A stretch of 64,000 nt of DNA from an uncultured Candidatus Saccharibacteria bacterium. Its GTDB lineage: Bacteria; Patescibacteriota; Doudnabacteria; UBA920. This document shows positions 39,530 to 50,600 of this stretch, piece by piece. The translations under genes and the position numbers were made by a program. How positions within the stretch are numbered: position 1 is the stretch's first letter; every line of letters begins with the position of its first letter. The stretch is from contig CAYQEU010000002.1 of NCBI GenBank assembly GCA_964416765.1, positions 14,877-78,876 of the forward strand, given 5' to 3'. The notes under the pieces were generated by a model that was given only the letters and a program-made list of their open reading frames with translations, did not search any database and was not told where the DNA came from.

Positions 39530-40807
39530 TTAAGCAAAGTTCTCTTTATCAATTTCTTCGTTTTCGTCGTCAGCGCGTTCAACCCCCTCGCGGGCGGTTT
39601 CAACTTCCGCCGACTGTTCTTCATCATAATCACCCACGATAGTAGGGGCTAGTTCGGTTTCATCAGAAGAGGAATCGTCTACCTGAACAACACCGGTGGA
39701 TTCAAGGTCATCCACGATGGCTGGGGTTTCTGTTTCGGCATCTTCAGCGGCTTCTGCGCTGGAACCGCCAATGTTTTCGCCTTCAATATCAATCTTCCAA
39801 CCGGTTAAGCGGGCGGCCAAGCGAACGTTTTGGCCGGCCTTACCGATGGCCAAGGAGAGCTGGTCTTCTAAGACGCCGATTTTGGCTTCCTTTTCTTCAT
39901 CATTTAGCTGGACGTTCAAAATTTTAGCCGGAGATAGAGCGTTGGCAATAAATTTCACGGGGTCTTCGCTCCATTCAATAATGTCGATTTTTTCACCCCC
40001 TAGTTCAGACATTACGGTCTGCACGCGGGTACCCTTTTGTCCCACGCAGGAACCAATCGGGTCAATCCCTTCCTGGGTGGAGAATACGGCGATCTTGGAA
40101 CGGGAGCCGGCTTCGCGGGCCACAGCTTTAATTTCAACGCTGCCATTGTAAATTTCCGGCACTTCCAATTCGAACATCTTGCGGACCATATCGGGGTGGC
40201 TGCGAGAAAGGGTAATTTTAGGGCCACGGGTGGCTGGTTCAACGTGCAAAATCAACACTTTGAGGCGCTGGCCGATTGAGTATTTTTCGCCCCGAATTTG
40301 TTCAGACGGAAAAAGCACGCCGGTGGCGCGTCCCAAATCAACTAAGATGGTATCGCCTTCAATGCGCTGGACGGTTCCATTTACCAAAGTGCGTTCCTTG
40401 GCTTTGAAGTCAGAGAACTGGACATTGCGTTCCGCTTCGCGTAGCTTTTGCACAATAACCTGCTTCGCGGTTTGCGCGGCAATACGTCCATAGTTCATCC
40501 CGTCTTTCGGGGTAATTTCAGTACGGATAACGTCACCGACTTTGGCGCCCTTCTGCAACTCCTGGGCCTGTTCTTCGGTAACTTCTTTTTGCGGGTCTTC
40601 CACTTCCGCCACAACTGTCTTTACGTCAAAAACTTTGGCGGACAAGGTATCGGGCTGAAACTCAACTTCCACGTTCTGGTCTTTTTCACCAAAATCCTTG
40701 CGGAAAGCTGCCGCTAAACTAGCCTCGATCATTTCAATAATCTCGTCGCGGCTAATTCCTTTTTCTTCTGCTATCTGGGCTAATGCTTGCTCTAATTGTT
40801 CGTTCAT
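39530..40807 (-). CDS. nusA: Transcription termination/antitermination factor NusA, with an acidic C-terminal tail.
   Basis: NusA N-terminus, S1 domain and KH1/KH2 ('GSCVGQKGTRVQTVMSELGGEKIDII', 'AIGKAGQNVRLAARLTGWKIDI'). Confidence 0.9.
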   Translation of the reverse strand: MNEQLEQALAQIAEEKGISRDEIIEMIEASLAAAFRKDFGEKDQNVEVEFQPDTLSAKVFDVKTVVAEVEDPQKEVTEEQAQELQKGAKVGDVIRTEITPKDGMNYGRIAAQTAKQVIVQKLREAERNVQFSDFKAKERTLVNGTVQRIEGDTILVDLGRATGVLFPSEQIRGEKYSIGQRLKVLILHVEPATRGPKITLSRSHPDMVRKMFELEVPEIYNGSVEIKAVAREAGSRSKIAVFSTQEGIDPIGSCVGQKGTRVQTVMSELGGEKIDIIEWSEDPVKFIANALSPAKILNVQLNDEEKEAKIGVLEDQLSLAIGKAGQNVRLAARLTGWKIDIEGENIGGSSAEAAEDAETETPAIVDDLESTGVVQVDDSSSDETELAPTIVGDYDEEQSAEVETAREGVERADDENEEIDKENFA

Positions 40808-40879
40808 TATTAAGTTGTTTCTTACTTATTAAATTGTTGCTGCTGCAAACTTGGAACAAAAAAGATGAGCGGGGCTCAT

Positions 40880-41263
40880 CTAGTACAAGTCTTCAACGGC
40901 GTTTGATAATATTCTAACATAATTTGCTGTTTTGTCAAGTATTACCACGCACACGTCAATCCGAAGGCGGCAATCAATAAACTCGGGGTGATTGACGAGA
41001 AACCATCTAATAACCTTTAAAAGCTTCCTTTTCTTAGACAGCCCGACAGATTCTAGAGCCGACTGGTAAGCTCCCGCCCGGGCGACCCGGCATTTTACTT
41101 CAACAAAGGTTATGAGCTGGCCGCAGCGGGCGACAAAATCCAATTCGCCTCGGCGCTTTCCGACTTTATTGTAAAAGTTGGCAGTAACAATAGAAAAGCC
41201 CGACTTAACATAATGTTGCCGGGCAATTCGCTCTCCTAGGTTTCCCGTGTCCCCCCTTAACAC
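40880..41263 (-). CDS. yraN: YraN-family (UPF0102) endonuclease.
   Basis: 'GERIARQHYVKSGFSIV...GELDFVARCGQLITFVEVK' matches the PD-(D/E)xK-type YraN pattern. Confidence 0.75.
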   Translation of the reverse strand: MLRGDTGNLGERIARQHYVKSGFSIVTANFYNKVGKRRGELDFVARCGQLITFVEVKCRVARAGAYQSALESVGLSKKRKLLKVIRWFLVNHPEFIDCRLRIDVCVVILDKTANYVRILSNAVEDLY

Positions 41264-41265
41264 GG

Positions 41266-41676
41266 CTAGTGTTTCAAGTATTTAAGTTTGACCTGCTGCT
41301 TTTCCCATTTGTCCTTCTCGGCGCGGTACTGCCTTAAAGCATAGACCAGCGCGGTCACAAACCAAATCAGGGTGATCAACCCGATCAACCAAGCAGCAAA
41401 GTGGGAACCGAATAACTTAACGTTTTCGAAACGGAGCCCATACCAAATTACTTCGAGAATGCCGCCGGTACCTAAAGGGGCTGCTAGCTTGTGCCACATA
41501 TTCTTGGTAACAGGGTTCTTTGACCACAGGCTAAAAATTTCGAAAATCGCGGCAAAGATAACGGACACCAGTCCGGCAATCATGTACAACCGGTCACCGG
41601 AGCTAAAGGGCATAAAGCTGAAATCGAAAATATAACTGAGGCTGAATACGTGAGTAATTGTTTCTTTGAAGTTCAT
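41266..41676 (-). CDS. Multi-pass membrane protein, hypothetical (136 aa).
   Basis: Three or four hydrophobic helices. Translationally coupled neighbours on both sides. Confidence 0.5.
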   Translation of the reverse strand: MNFKETITHVFSLSYIFDFSFMPFSSGDRLYMIAGLVSVIFAAIFEIFSLWSKNPVTKNMWHKLAAPLGTGGILEVIWYGLRFENVKLFGSHFAAWLIGLITLIWFVTALVYALRQYRAEKDKWEKQQVKLKYLKH

Positions 41677-41677
41677 A

Positions 41678-42205
41678 TTATTTTACAAAAATAGAGGCGT
41701 AATGGTAACTATCGGCCGGGACTTCGGCTTCATGGCGTATGCCAATCTTGGTGAATTCTTCCGTTAACTCTTCCGGTGAAATTCGGCGCGACATGTCGGG
41801 TCCAAACGGCGTTGGGACTTTTTTCCACTCCACCGCAAGGATCTTGCCGCCGGTTTTAAGTAAGCGGTAAGCATTTTTGAGCAGTTCATCGCGCAGTTCC
41901 ACTTCGTGGAGAATACTGGCCATTATAACAGCGTCGCACATGGCATCCGGAATATCCAGGAAGGGGCGGTCCAGATCAGCCTTCATGGTAATGATGTTGT
42001 TCAAGCTGTATTGCTTGGCGGCGGACTGGGTGGCGGCAAGCTTGCTGTCTTGCACATCCAGCGCGTACACAACCCCACCGCTTCCAACCGCTTTGGCGGC
42101 TGCTACCGAGAAAAAGCCGGCGCCACAGCCCATGTCGGCAACTACAGACCCTCGGGACAGAGCCAGGTGACCTACTACCACTCCAGGATTTACGAATTTT
42201 ACCAT
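41678..42205 (-). CDS. Class I SAM-dependent methyltransferase.
   Basis: Motif I 'VADMGCGAGFF', then 'VVYALDVQ'. Confidence 0.7.
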   Translation of the reverse strand: MVKFVNPGVVVGHLALSRGSVVADMGCGAGFFSVAAAKAVGSGGVVYALDVQDSKLAATQSAAKQYSLNNIITMKADLDRPFLDIPDAMCDAVIMASILHEVELRDELLKNAYRLLKTGGKILAVEWKKVPTPFGPDMSRRISPEELTEEFTKIGIRHEAEVPADSYHYASIFVK

Positions 42206-42206
42206 T

Positions 42207-43007
42207 TTATTTTAGTGTTATTGTTTGGCGGACAGGCTCAATACTGGTTGCCAATCCATGCTCCACGGTAATAAGCACTGCGTTAACTACCATGGGGCCG
42301 TCTTCTTCCACTTCCATCCGGAACTTGCCTTTTTCCAGGAATAGGTTGAAGGCAATTTCCTTTTGGGCGCCGATTACCGAATCTTGCGGTCCGGTCATAC
42401 CGGCATCGGTGACGTAGCCGGTGCCATTGGGCAAAATCCGGTAGTCTGCGGTGGGAACATGCGTATGGGTCCCGATTAGAGCGGCGACTCGGCCGTCCGC
42501 GTAAAGGCCCAAGGCGTTCTTTTCGCTGGTTGCTTCGGCATGGAAATCTACTAGTATTATATCATTTTTCTGGGCATTTTTAAGGGCTTCGTCGAGAGCG
42601 AAAAACGGATTGTTTATGACACCGCCATATTGCCCTTCAAAGAAAACTTTTCCGCCAAGGTTAATGACGAAAAAATTAGCGCCGTTCTTTTCAATACGGC
42701 ACCAGCCGCGGCCGGGCAAGGATTCATCGTAGTTAAAGGGGCGAATAAGGTTGGGGTACTCCTGGAAGCTTTCACTGGCTCCCGGCTCCTTATCAAATAC
42801 GTGGTTACCGGAAGTAAATACTTCTACACCCAAATCCTCCAGTTCCTTCAAGGTATTCAAGGTGACCCCTTTGCCATGCGCCAGATTTTCCACGTTGGCA
42901 ACGACCAGGTCGGGCTTATGCTGTTCGCGCAAAGACGGCAAAACCTGGGCAAGCGTCCGTCGCCCAGGTTTTCCAATAATATCTCCGAAAAAAAGTATCT
43001 TTGCCAT
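42207..43007 (-). CDS. ymdB: YmdB-family metallophosphoesterase (2',3'-cyclic-nucleotide phosphodiesterase).
   Basis: 'MAKILFFGDIIGKPGRR...LVVANVENLAHGKG...GNHVFDK' is the TIGR00282-like pattern. Sits directly downstream of rny, as in Bacillus. Confidence 0.8.
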   Translation of the reverse strand: MAKILFFGDIIGKPGRRTLAQVLPSLREQHKPDLVVANVENLAHGKGVTLNTLKELEDLGVEVFTSGNHVFDKEPGASESFQEYPNLIRPFNYDESLPGRGWCRIEKNGANFFVINLGGKVFFEGQYGGVINNPFFALDEALKNAQKNDIILVDFHAEATSEKNALGLYADGRVAALIGTHTHVPTADYRILPNGTGYVTDAGMTGPQDSVIGAQKEIAFNLFLEKGKFRMEVEEDGPMVVNAVLITVEHGLATSIEPVRQTITLK

Positions 43008-43300
43008 TATGTGAAGTTCCCCAAGCTAAATCCCGACAAAACTAATATGAATAATCCAACGATTGTTACTAATGAAATCGCTATTACTAAGAGTGCTATA
43101 AGGACGTTCTTTAATTGGAACTTTGGATTATCGCTATTGTTAGTAGTTACTGAGTTATTCTTTGCAGATCGCTTTATCAAGTAGAGTGCAGCCATTAAAA
43201 TGACCTGTATTACTAATACCCATGGAGTAACCGAAAATACCAGTAACCCGACTGCTAGGACTAAAACAATTGGTAGGATCCCGATAAAGCTTATCTTCAT
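43007..43300 (-). CDS. Small membrane protein (97 aa).
   Basis: Three hydrophobic segments. ATGA-coupled to both rny and ymdB. Confidence 0.45.
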   Translation of the reverse strand: MKISFIGILPIVLVLAVGLLVFSVTPWVLVIQVILMAALYLIKRSAKNNSVTTNNSDNPKFQLKNVLIALLVIAISLVTIVGLFILVLSGFSLGNFT

Positions 43301-44868
43301 TATCTCGCGTACTCAATTATGCGATAATCGCGGATTACATGTACGCGGATTTCACCAGGGTAGCGCAATTCATTTTCCAACCGGTTGGCAATGTCGCGGG
43401 CGAGCTTTTGGCAGGCTAGATCATCAATCTTTTCCGGACGAACGAACACGCGAATCTCACGGCCACCCTGGATGGCGTAAGTCTTGTCCACGCCTTCGTA
43501 AGAGTTGGCAATATTTTCCAGGTCAGTAAGGCGCTTAACATAGTTTTCGTAAGAGTCCTTGCGGGCGCCAGGGCGGGATCCGGAGATGGCGTCACAAGCA
43601 TCAACAATCATTGCTTCCACGGAGAGAGGGCCCTGGTGCTGCTGGGAGCTTTCCGATACGTCGGTGTCGTGGTGATGGCTCTCAATAGCGTTCACAACGC
43701 GCTTGTCGAGGTTAAACTTCTCAGCGATGCGCATTCCAATATCAACGTGAGTTCCTTCCATATCCTGGTCCAACGCTTTTCCAATGTCATGGAGCAAACA
43801 GCCTTGTTTTACAATGCCTACGTCCGCCCCCACCTCTTGGGCAATCAAAGCGCCAATCTTGGCCATTTCGGTGGAGTGACGGAGAACGTTCTGGCCGTAG
43901 GAGGTACGGAACATAAGTCGCCCCACTAAGTGAACTAGCTTCGGCGGGAAGTTGGTAATACCGAGGTCGTATACGGTCTGTTCACCAGCATGCTTTATCT
44001 GTTCGTTGATTTCAGCTTTGCTGCGTTCATAAGCCTCTTCAATGCGGGCCGGGTGGATACGCCCGTCAGACAAAAGCTTTTCCAAGGTAAGCTTGGCAAT
44101 GTGGCGACGGATGGAATTAAAGCCGGAGATAACCACGGTGTCGGGGGAATCATCAATGAGAATTTCCACGCCCATAAGCTGTTCAAACGCGCGGATGTTG
44201 CGACCTTCCTTGCCGATAATGCGGCCTTTCATCTCTTCATTTGGAATGGTAATAGTAGTGGTCGTGGTTTCAGCGGTAACTTCGCTGGCGACGCGCTCAA
44301 TAGCCTGGCCAATGATAATACGGGCATCACGGTCCGCATCCTCATGGGCCTGGTTGAGGAGTTTGCGGTGGAGACCGATCATTTCTTCCTTAATGGTCTT
44401 CTCCGCGTTATTAAGGAGGACTTTACCGGCTTCCTCACGGGTCATTTGGGCGATCTTTTCCAGGTTCTCGAGCTGTTTAGCACGCAGTTCCTTAATTTCT
44501 TCCTGGGCGGTTTTTAACTTTTCTTTTTCCTGCTCCAGAACCTCACCTTTTTGTTCTAACTGCTGGGATTTTTGGTCCAGGTCCTTTTCTTTGCGGTCAA
44601 TACGCTCTTCAAAACGAACTATCTGGTTGCGGAAGTCCTGTTCGGTTTTCTTAGCCTGCTCGGTTATTTCCAAAGCACCGGCCTTGGCTTCCAAAAGGAT
44701 TTCCTTCTCGCGGTTCCGGGCCTCATCAACGATTTTTTGGGCCCGGGCTTCCGCGCTTCCAACTTTCTTGGAAGAGGAGATGTGTCGGATCGCATACCCG
44801 ACTGCTCCGCCGACCACTAAGGCGGCTAAAGCGATTACAAATTGCATAAAATTCCTTAACTTTCGCAA
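43300..44868 (-). CDS. rny: Ribonuclease Y.
   Basis: N-terminal TM, coiled-coil, KH ('GRIIGKEGRNIRAFEQLMGVEILID') and HD domain ('LRHSTEMAKIGALIA...LLHDIGKA'). Confidence 0.9.
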   Translation of the reverse strand: MRKLRNFMQFVIALAALVVGGAVGYAIRHISSSKKVGSAEARAQKIVDEARNREKEILLEAKAGALEITEQAKKTEQDFRNQIVRFEERIDRKEKDLDQKSQQLEQKGEVLEQEKEKLKTAQEEIKELRAKQLENLEKIAQMTREEAGKVLLNNAEKTIKEEMIGLHRKLLNQAHEDADRDARIIIGQAIERVASEVTAETTTTTITIPNEEMKGRIIGKEGRNIRAFEQLMGVEILIDDSPDTVVISGFNSIRRHIAKLTLEKLLSDGRIHPARIEEAYERSKAEINEQIKHAGEQTVYDLGITNFPPKLVHLVGRLMFRTSYGQNVLRHSTEMAKIGALIAQEVGADVGIVKQGCLLHDIGKALDQDMEGTHVDIGMRIAEKFNLDKRVVNAIESHHHDTDVSESSQQHQGPLSVEAMIVDACDAISGSRPGARKDSYENYVKRLTDLENIANSYEGVDKTYAIQGGREIRVFVRPEKIDDLACQKLARDIANRLENELRYPGEIRVHVIRDYRIIEYAR

Positions 44869-45077
44869 AAGTAAGGAATAAGAAAAAACTGCTAATTTTT
44901 AGAATTAGATACGCGGACTAGCTATGGGTTTTGGTTGAAAAAAGCTAGAGAGAGAACGCATTATAGTCTAAAAGAATCAGGTTATTCTTACTTTTGCGGA
45001 TTAACTGGTGAAATCTAAATTAACTGCCTATAAAGTACCACAAATCAGGGTTCCGGTCAATTAAGCGGTATTTTGGC

Positions 45078-45105
45078 AAAAAATAAAAGCCTCCTATTTG
45101 GAGGC
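45078..45105 (-). terminator. Rho-independent terminator for rplS (its stem overlaps the stop codon).
   Basis: Minus strand GCCTCC-aaata-GGAGGC followed by TTTTATTTTTT. Confidence 0.6.
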
Positions 45106-45465
45106 TTTCTTAGCGGCTGGTTTAGCCGTAGCTTTTCGATAACGCGGAGCATTATCACGAAGCTTACGGACATAGTAAAGCTTGGACTTTCTGGAATCGC
45201 CGTCTTTGACGATTTCAAGCTTAACGATATTTGGCGAATGCAGAGGGTAAATACGTTCTACGCCTACACCGCTGGCGATCTTGCGGACCATGAAAGTGGC
45301 ATTGGCGCCGGTGCCGCCCTTGCGGGCAATAACTACACCTTCGAAAATTTGGATACGCTCCTTGCCGCCTTCCTTAATGCGTTGGTGTACCTTAACCACA
45401 TAGCCGGTTTTGAATTCGGGAAGTTCTTGTAATTTAGTAGATGAGAGGTTCTTTACGATTGCCAT
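45094..45465 (-). CDS. rplS: 50S ribosomal protein L19.
   Basis: '[35 protein letters not shown]...[21 protein letters not shown]'. Confidence 0.9.
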   Translation of the reverse strand: [123 protein letters not shown]

Positions 45466-45474
45466 AATTATTGT

Positions 45475-46410
45475 TTAGATTGCGGTAATTTTCTTGCTGC
45501 CGAGTTTAGTGAGAACGTCACGTAAATCTGCGGGCAGCGGGCTTTCGGCTTCTATCCAAGTCCCATCCGGGAGCTGGACTTCAATCCTTCTGGCATGAAG
45601 GAATTGGCGTTGAAGACCCAATTCTTTAGCCTGTTTTTGGGCGGGCTTTGTGCTGTAGAGGGCGTCACCAACTAGCGGAAACCCTTTAGACAAAAAGTGA
45701 ACGCGAATCTGGTGCGTTCTACCTGTGTGTAATCTTACACGAATTAGGGTGTAATCGTCAAGGTATTCCACTACCCAATATTCCGTCAAGGAAGGTTTAG
45801 CCATAATCATGTTCTTCGAAGTGTACTTGCGAAAGTCCGTTTTGCTCTTGCCGATAGGCAAATCTATGGTCCCATGCTGGTCCGGGACCCGGCCATGGAC
45901 CAGAGCCAGGTATTCTTTTTTGACCCGGCGTTCCGCGAAGGCGTCTTTGAGATATTCGTATACCGGCTGGGTTAGGGCAATGAGGATAACCCCGGAGGTA
46001 TCTTTATCCAAACGGTGCACGATGCCGGAACGACCCTCTTCCCCCACCAAGCGAATATCCTTGAATTTATACAAAAGCATGTCCGCTAACGAGTCGCCCT
46101 TAACACCAGCGCCAGCATGCACGGAAAGCCCCGCAGGCTTGTCTATGATTAACAGGCCGTGGTTGTTATACAGCGTTTTTAACGCTATCGGTTTGGGCAC
46201 CCGTTTTTCTTCAGGCAATTTTTTATACTCAACCTTGTCATCCAGGCGCACCACAAACTTCGGACTGTCCTGCAACTTCCCATTCACAGACACGCACCCG
46301 GCCTCAATGTCGCGCTGCAGCTGCGAACGGGAAACGTCCGTGATCTGTTCGGCCAGGAACTTGTCCAGCCGGGACTTTAATTCTTCTACTTTAAAGATAT
46401 GCTTGATCAT
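45475..46410 (-). CDS. rluD: RluA/RluD-family rRNA pseudouridine synthase.
   Basis: S4-like N-terminus, 'LIIDKPAGLSVH' and 'HRLDKDTSGVILIA'. Confidence 0.85.
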   Translation of the reverse strand: MIKHIFKVEELKSRLDKFLAEQITDVSRSQLQRDIEAGCVSVNGKLQDSPKFVVRLDDKVEYKKLPEEKRVPKPIALKTLYNNHGLLIIDKPAGLSVHAGAGVKGDSLADMLLYKFKDIRLVGEEGRSGIVHRLDKDTSGVILIALTQPVYEYLKDAFAERRVKKEYLALVHGRVPDQHGTIDLPIGKSKTDFRKYTSKNMIMAKPSLTEYWVVEYLDDYTLIRVRLHTGRTHQIRVHFLSKGFPLVGDALYSTKPAQKQAKELGLQRQFLHARRIEVQLPDGTWIEAESPLPADLRDVLTKLGSKKITAI

Positions 46411-47135
46411 TTGAGTAGGTCGGGGCGGCGCTTGGCTGTGCGTTTACGCGCTTCTCCCGCGCGCCATTGGTTGATGTTGGCATGGTGGCCTGTTAACAGA
46501 ACTTTGGGGACGCGGTATTTTTTTCCATTCACTGCTAAGATCTCCGGCTTGGTGTATTGGGGGTATTCAAGCATGGCTTCACTAAAACTTTCCGCGTCAG
46601 CAGACTCGTCTTTACCTAACACTCCCGGGACTAGCCGGAGAACTGCTTCAGCAATTGCCAATGCCGGGAGCTCTCCCCCCATCAGGATAAAATCACCGAG
46701 GGAAATCTCTTCATCCACAAATTTACTGACGCGCTCATCAAACCCTTCATAGCGGCCACTCACCAGCAACAAGTCTTCGTATTTCACCAAGCGCTTTGCG
46801 TCAGCCTGTTTAAACGGCTTGCCCTGGGGTGTCATGAGAATTACGCGGCCTTTGGGTTTTTTCTTGCGCCAGGTGGAAATTGCCTTATGCAAAACATCAG
46901 CGCGGAGAACCATACCAACGCCACCGCCATATGGGCGGTCATCCACCGTACCCCGACGGTCCGGGCCAAATTTACGGAGATACAAAGCGTCAAACTTCAG
47001 GATCCCGTTCTTTATGGCCCGCTGGACAATACCAAATTTGGCGTAGTCCGCGATGAACTCCGGAAACAAAGTAAGTACGGTTATGCCTTTCTTAAGCCGT
47101 TTAGTGGTCTTTTTCATACAGATAAATAGTAACAC
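46407..47135 (-). CDS. trmD: tRNA (guanine37-N1)-methyltransferase.
   Basis: 'LTLFPEF...DDRPYGGGVGMVL' and a SPOUT fold pattern. Overlaps rluD by 4 nt. Confidence 0.9.
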   Translation of the reverse strand: MLLFICMKKTTKRLKKGITVLTLFPEFIADYAKFGIVQRAIKNGILKFDALYLRKFGPDRRGTVDDRPYGGGVGMVLRADVLHKAISTWRKKKPKGRVILMTPQGKPFKQADAKRLVKYEDLLLVSGRYEGFDERVSKFVDEEISLGDFILMGGELPALAIAEAVLRLVPGVLGKDESADAESFSEAMLEYPQYTKPEILAVNGKKYRVPKVLLTGHHANINQWRAGEARKRTAKRRPDLLK

Positions 47136-47177
47136 AAAACCCGCGTCATTATGGCGCGGGTTTTAAAATGTTTGGGA

Positions 47178-47576
47178 TTAGAGCTTGAAGTCGTCGTCAT
47201 CGTCCATTCCACTGTCGGTTGGGGTGGACATTTCTGCCTGGCCTTCGGACATGTTGTTGTCAGACATATGATTGTCGGACATGTGGTTGTCAGAGTGATG
47301 ACTCTGGCCGCCGTGATGGCCACGATGGGAACCTTCCGGTTCGTTGATCTTCAGGTTAACGCGAGCTTTGTGCTTAGCGCCAACAACGCGGAGCAGAGTG
47401 CGGACAGCCTTGGCAGTCTGACCCATGCGACCGATGACCTGGCCCATATCAGCCGGGTTGATGAAAAGGGTAATTAATACTCCCATTTCATCGACGGTTC
47501 TCTCGGTCCTAACGTCTTGTGGGTTGTCGACTAACGCTTTGACAATGTACTCTACAAATTCTTGATCTTGTTCCAT
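47178..47576 (-). CDS. khpA: KH-domain RNA-binding protein (KhpA/YlqC-like) with a His-rich C-terminal tail.
   Basis: 'VLITLFINPADMGQVIGRMGQTAKAVRTLL' KH motif. Tail 'HRGHHGGQSHHSDNHMSDNHMSDNNMS...DDDDDF'. Confidence 0.7.
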   Translation of the reverse strand: MEQDQEFVEYIVKALVDNPQDVRTERTVDEMGVLITLFINPADMGQVIGRMGQTAKAVRTLLRVVGAKHKARVNLKINEPEGSHRGHHGGQSHHSDNHMSDNHMSDNNMSEGQAEMSTPTDSGMDDDDDFKL

Positions 47577-47668
47577 TATCTTTCGATTCTTGCTTGGTAA
47601 GCTTTCTTCGACCTTTCTGTAATTTATCTAACTGAAATGATTATACGGAAGCGGCGTGTTGCTGTCAA

Positions 47669-50600
47669 TTATGGCGCGATTTCCTGGCGATCCGGATTGC
47701 CGGATACGTCGGTAAACAGATAGGCCGGAGTAATTACGCGCTTATTGGGGAAGTTGCTCGGTTTAATATCTCCGATGTTTTGGAATCGGTAGATTGAGCC
47801 TGAGGCCGGCTTGGTAACGGTCGCGGTAAAGGAAATACTGCAAGTGGAGCTTGGCGCAACATCACCCACGGTGATGTTAATCGCGCCACCCTTGGCTATG
47901 GTTGCCGAACCGCTGGCACACCCCGAATAGGTGAAGTTGCCCGGGTTAGACAAGTTAGACAAGGTATCCGTGACTTGGACGGCAGTGGCTGCCCGGTCTC
48001 CAGTGTTACAAATATTGATGCGGAAGGTCACAATGTCGTTAACCTTGAATGACTTGCCGCCCTGCAAAGTTACCGGGTCGGAAACCGCGTTACAAGGTAT
48101 GACAGTGGAGGTAATGTTATTCGGGCTGGCCGCGGTGATATCCTTGTCGGAAGTAGACAGGTCAACCACACAGGCCCTGACGTTAGCCGGACCGGCACTT
48201 GCTTTAGCCGATTCAGCCGCTCCATTCAAGGCAGTTACCGCGTAGTAGTAGTTTCCTATCGGCGGATGATCAACGTAGGAGAAAGTTGAAGGATCTAACG
48301 GCGAGCCGGTAATTCGCTGCCAGGTTGAACCATCAGTAGAACGGTAAACATAGTACCCTGTAACGGTCTGGAGACCACGCGGGCGCTGCCAGGTTATGGT
48401 CGCCTGTTCACAAACAGAAACGTCTATATTCACTCGCTGTGGCGGGTTGGGAGCCACCACATTATTAACTACCACAGTTACTATTGCTGAAGCGGAGGTT
48501 GGGGTGGTGTTGGGGTTTTCACAGTAGCCCAGGAAGCGATAACTGCCTGCCGCGTTAAATGGCCCGTAGGAAATGTCGCCATTTACAGTGTTAGCCCCAT
48601 TGATGGGTACCCATTCTCCAGTATCAAAGCCGTCTTCCCAATACACTTGGCAAGTGGCGGCGTTGGTGGAACCCCAAACCAGATTGGTATTTTGTCCTAC
48701 ATTAACCGGGGATGTTCGGGTTAACCACGCATCCAAAGGAAGCGCGGCCTGTACCTGGATGGTAATTATGGTATTTACTTGGGTCGGGGTAGTATTGGTG
48801 GCGTTGGCCTGGCAAAGGTACCGGGTAGTGGAAGTCAAAAGCGCCGATTGAACACTACCGCTATTGCCCGTAGCTCCCGAAATCGGAACCCAATCTCCCG
48901 CGTTAAGGGTCTGCTCACGGTAGATTTGGGTAGTCTGTGAGTTTGGCGCGGACCAGGTTAGTGTTGTGCTGGTGTTGTATGGAATTGGCGAAGCTGGATT
49001 TGCGGTAAGGGAACAATCCAGCGGCGACGGGGCAGCCACATGGGTTACCGAAGTCGCGGTTCGCTGGGTTGGAGAAGCGTTAGAGTTGGTACACTGGTTG
49101 TAAAAAGTGTAGTCTCCCGGCCCTGGTAATGGATTGGTCACGAATGAGCTGTGGAGGGAAGTACCAATTTGAACGGTCTGACTGGAAGGAGTCACATACC
49201 ACTGTTGGCAGGTAGTACCAGGAGCTGGGTTTGGTGAATCCCAACTAACATTAGCTGTTCCCAAGTTATTTATGTTCGCTGGGGAAGTTATGGTCGCGTC
49301 CAAGTTAACTGAATTGGATATAACAGTGGCTACAGCGTCTCGTTGGGGAGGAGTGGCAGTAGCACTGACACATTGGTTCAGGAAACTGTACGTCCCTATT
49401 TGGGCAATCGAGTAATCGGAGGCACCGCTAGTGCTGCCATACGGAGCGCCAGTCAATTCGGTATAGCTCGGCGCGCCCGGAGCCTGGACAAACTGCCTAC
49501 ATGAATCAGCATTAGTTGAGCCCCACACTAAGTGGGTGGACTGCCCCGCTGAAACAGGAGAAGTGGCGGTCATGGTTGCATCCAGAGGGATGGGCTGTCC
49601 CTGAACGTTAACCGGGATGTTGCCTGGCTGGCCGAACACGGTATGACTCTGCAAATCTACTAATTTAAATTGAAGGGTGTAAGTTCCGCCGGTGCTGGGA
49701 GTAGTAATGTTAACGGGCGCAAACTGCCCCTGTTGGCCAAAATGGACGCTCGAATAGGGCGGGGTGTAGTTGGCAACTATTATGGTCGTAGTAACATAGT
49801 GACATGTATCGCCTGGATCTATAGGACGGGCTTGGGCCGTTGGAACAAGGAAATTTAGAATTGACCCAGCAATCTTTTGCAAAGCGCCGGTATTGTTCAC
49901 GACGGGTGGTTGATATGGTCCACCCCCAGGATTCTCACCGCCGCCAGGTTCACAAATTTCTTCTGTATATGTTTCTTCGTGAAAAGCTACATTCTGACGG
50001 ATAAAGAATGGGATAGTGTTGTCGGGTGTGGCGCTGGCGGGACTGGTATTTTCCGGAATAGTAGTAGCTGGTCCAGAATAAACATAGCTTGACCCATTGT
50101 AAGTCACATCGTTACTGTTGGAACGAAGCTGTTGGGAACGTACCTGGACACCAGAGCTTCCCACGTTACCCAGACGAATTAAGCGGTAACGATCGGAAGA
50201 TAAAATTTGGTAGTCATTACAGGTTGCACCGGTAGAATAATCAAATGGACCGCCTTCATCCTGGCTAACACAGTGGCCGTCCAAAGGCCGGACGGTCTTG
50301 TCAGCGTTCCACTGCACACCGCGGTTTTCAAAAACAATGTTGTAGTTGTTGTTATAAGCGGTGGAAGTAGCGAGTTGGGCTGTGGGGATTGTGGTACTGA
50401 TGTAGTTAGCATCGGGTGGAATATTAACAGAACCTACCTGCAAGTAAGCGCCGAAGCAACCGGGGTCGTTATCGCGCTGGGCCCCATAAGCCCAACCGGA
50501 AGGACTAGCCGAGTTGGCTGGACTCAAGGCAACACCGGATGAAGAGCCGCAACCGTTATAATCCCGCTGGTAGGCCAATGCCACACCGGCACTGACTCCG

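Noticed and set aside
44042-44881. 279-aa plus-strand ORF antisense to rny, and a similar 394-aa ORF (58098-59282) antisense to ftsH.
   Set aside because: Ser/Arg-rich low-complexity antisense translations of well-supported conserved genes, so not independent genes.
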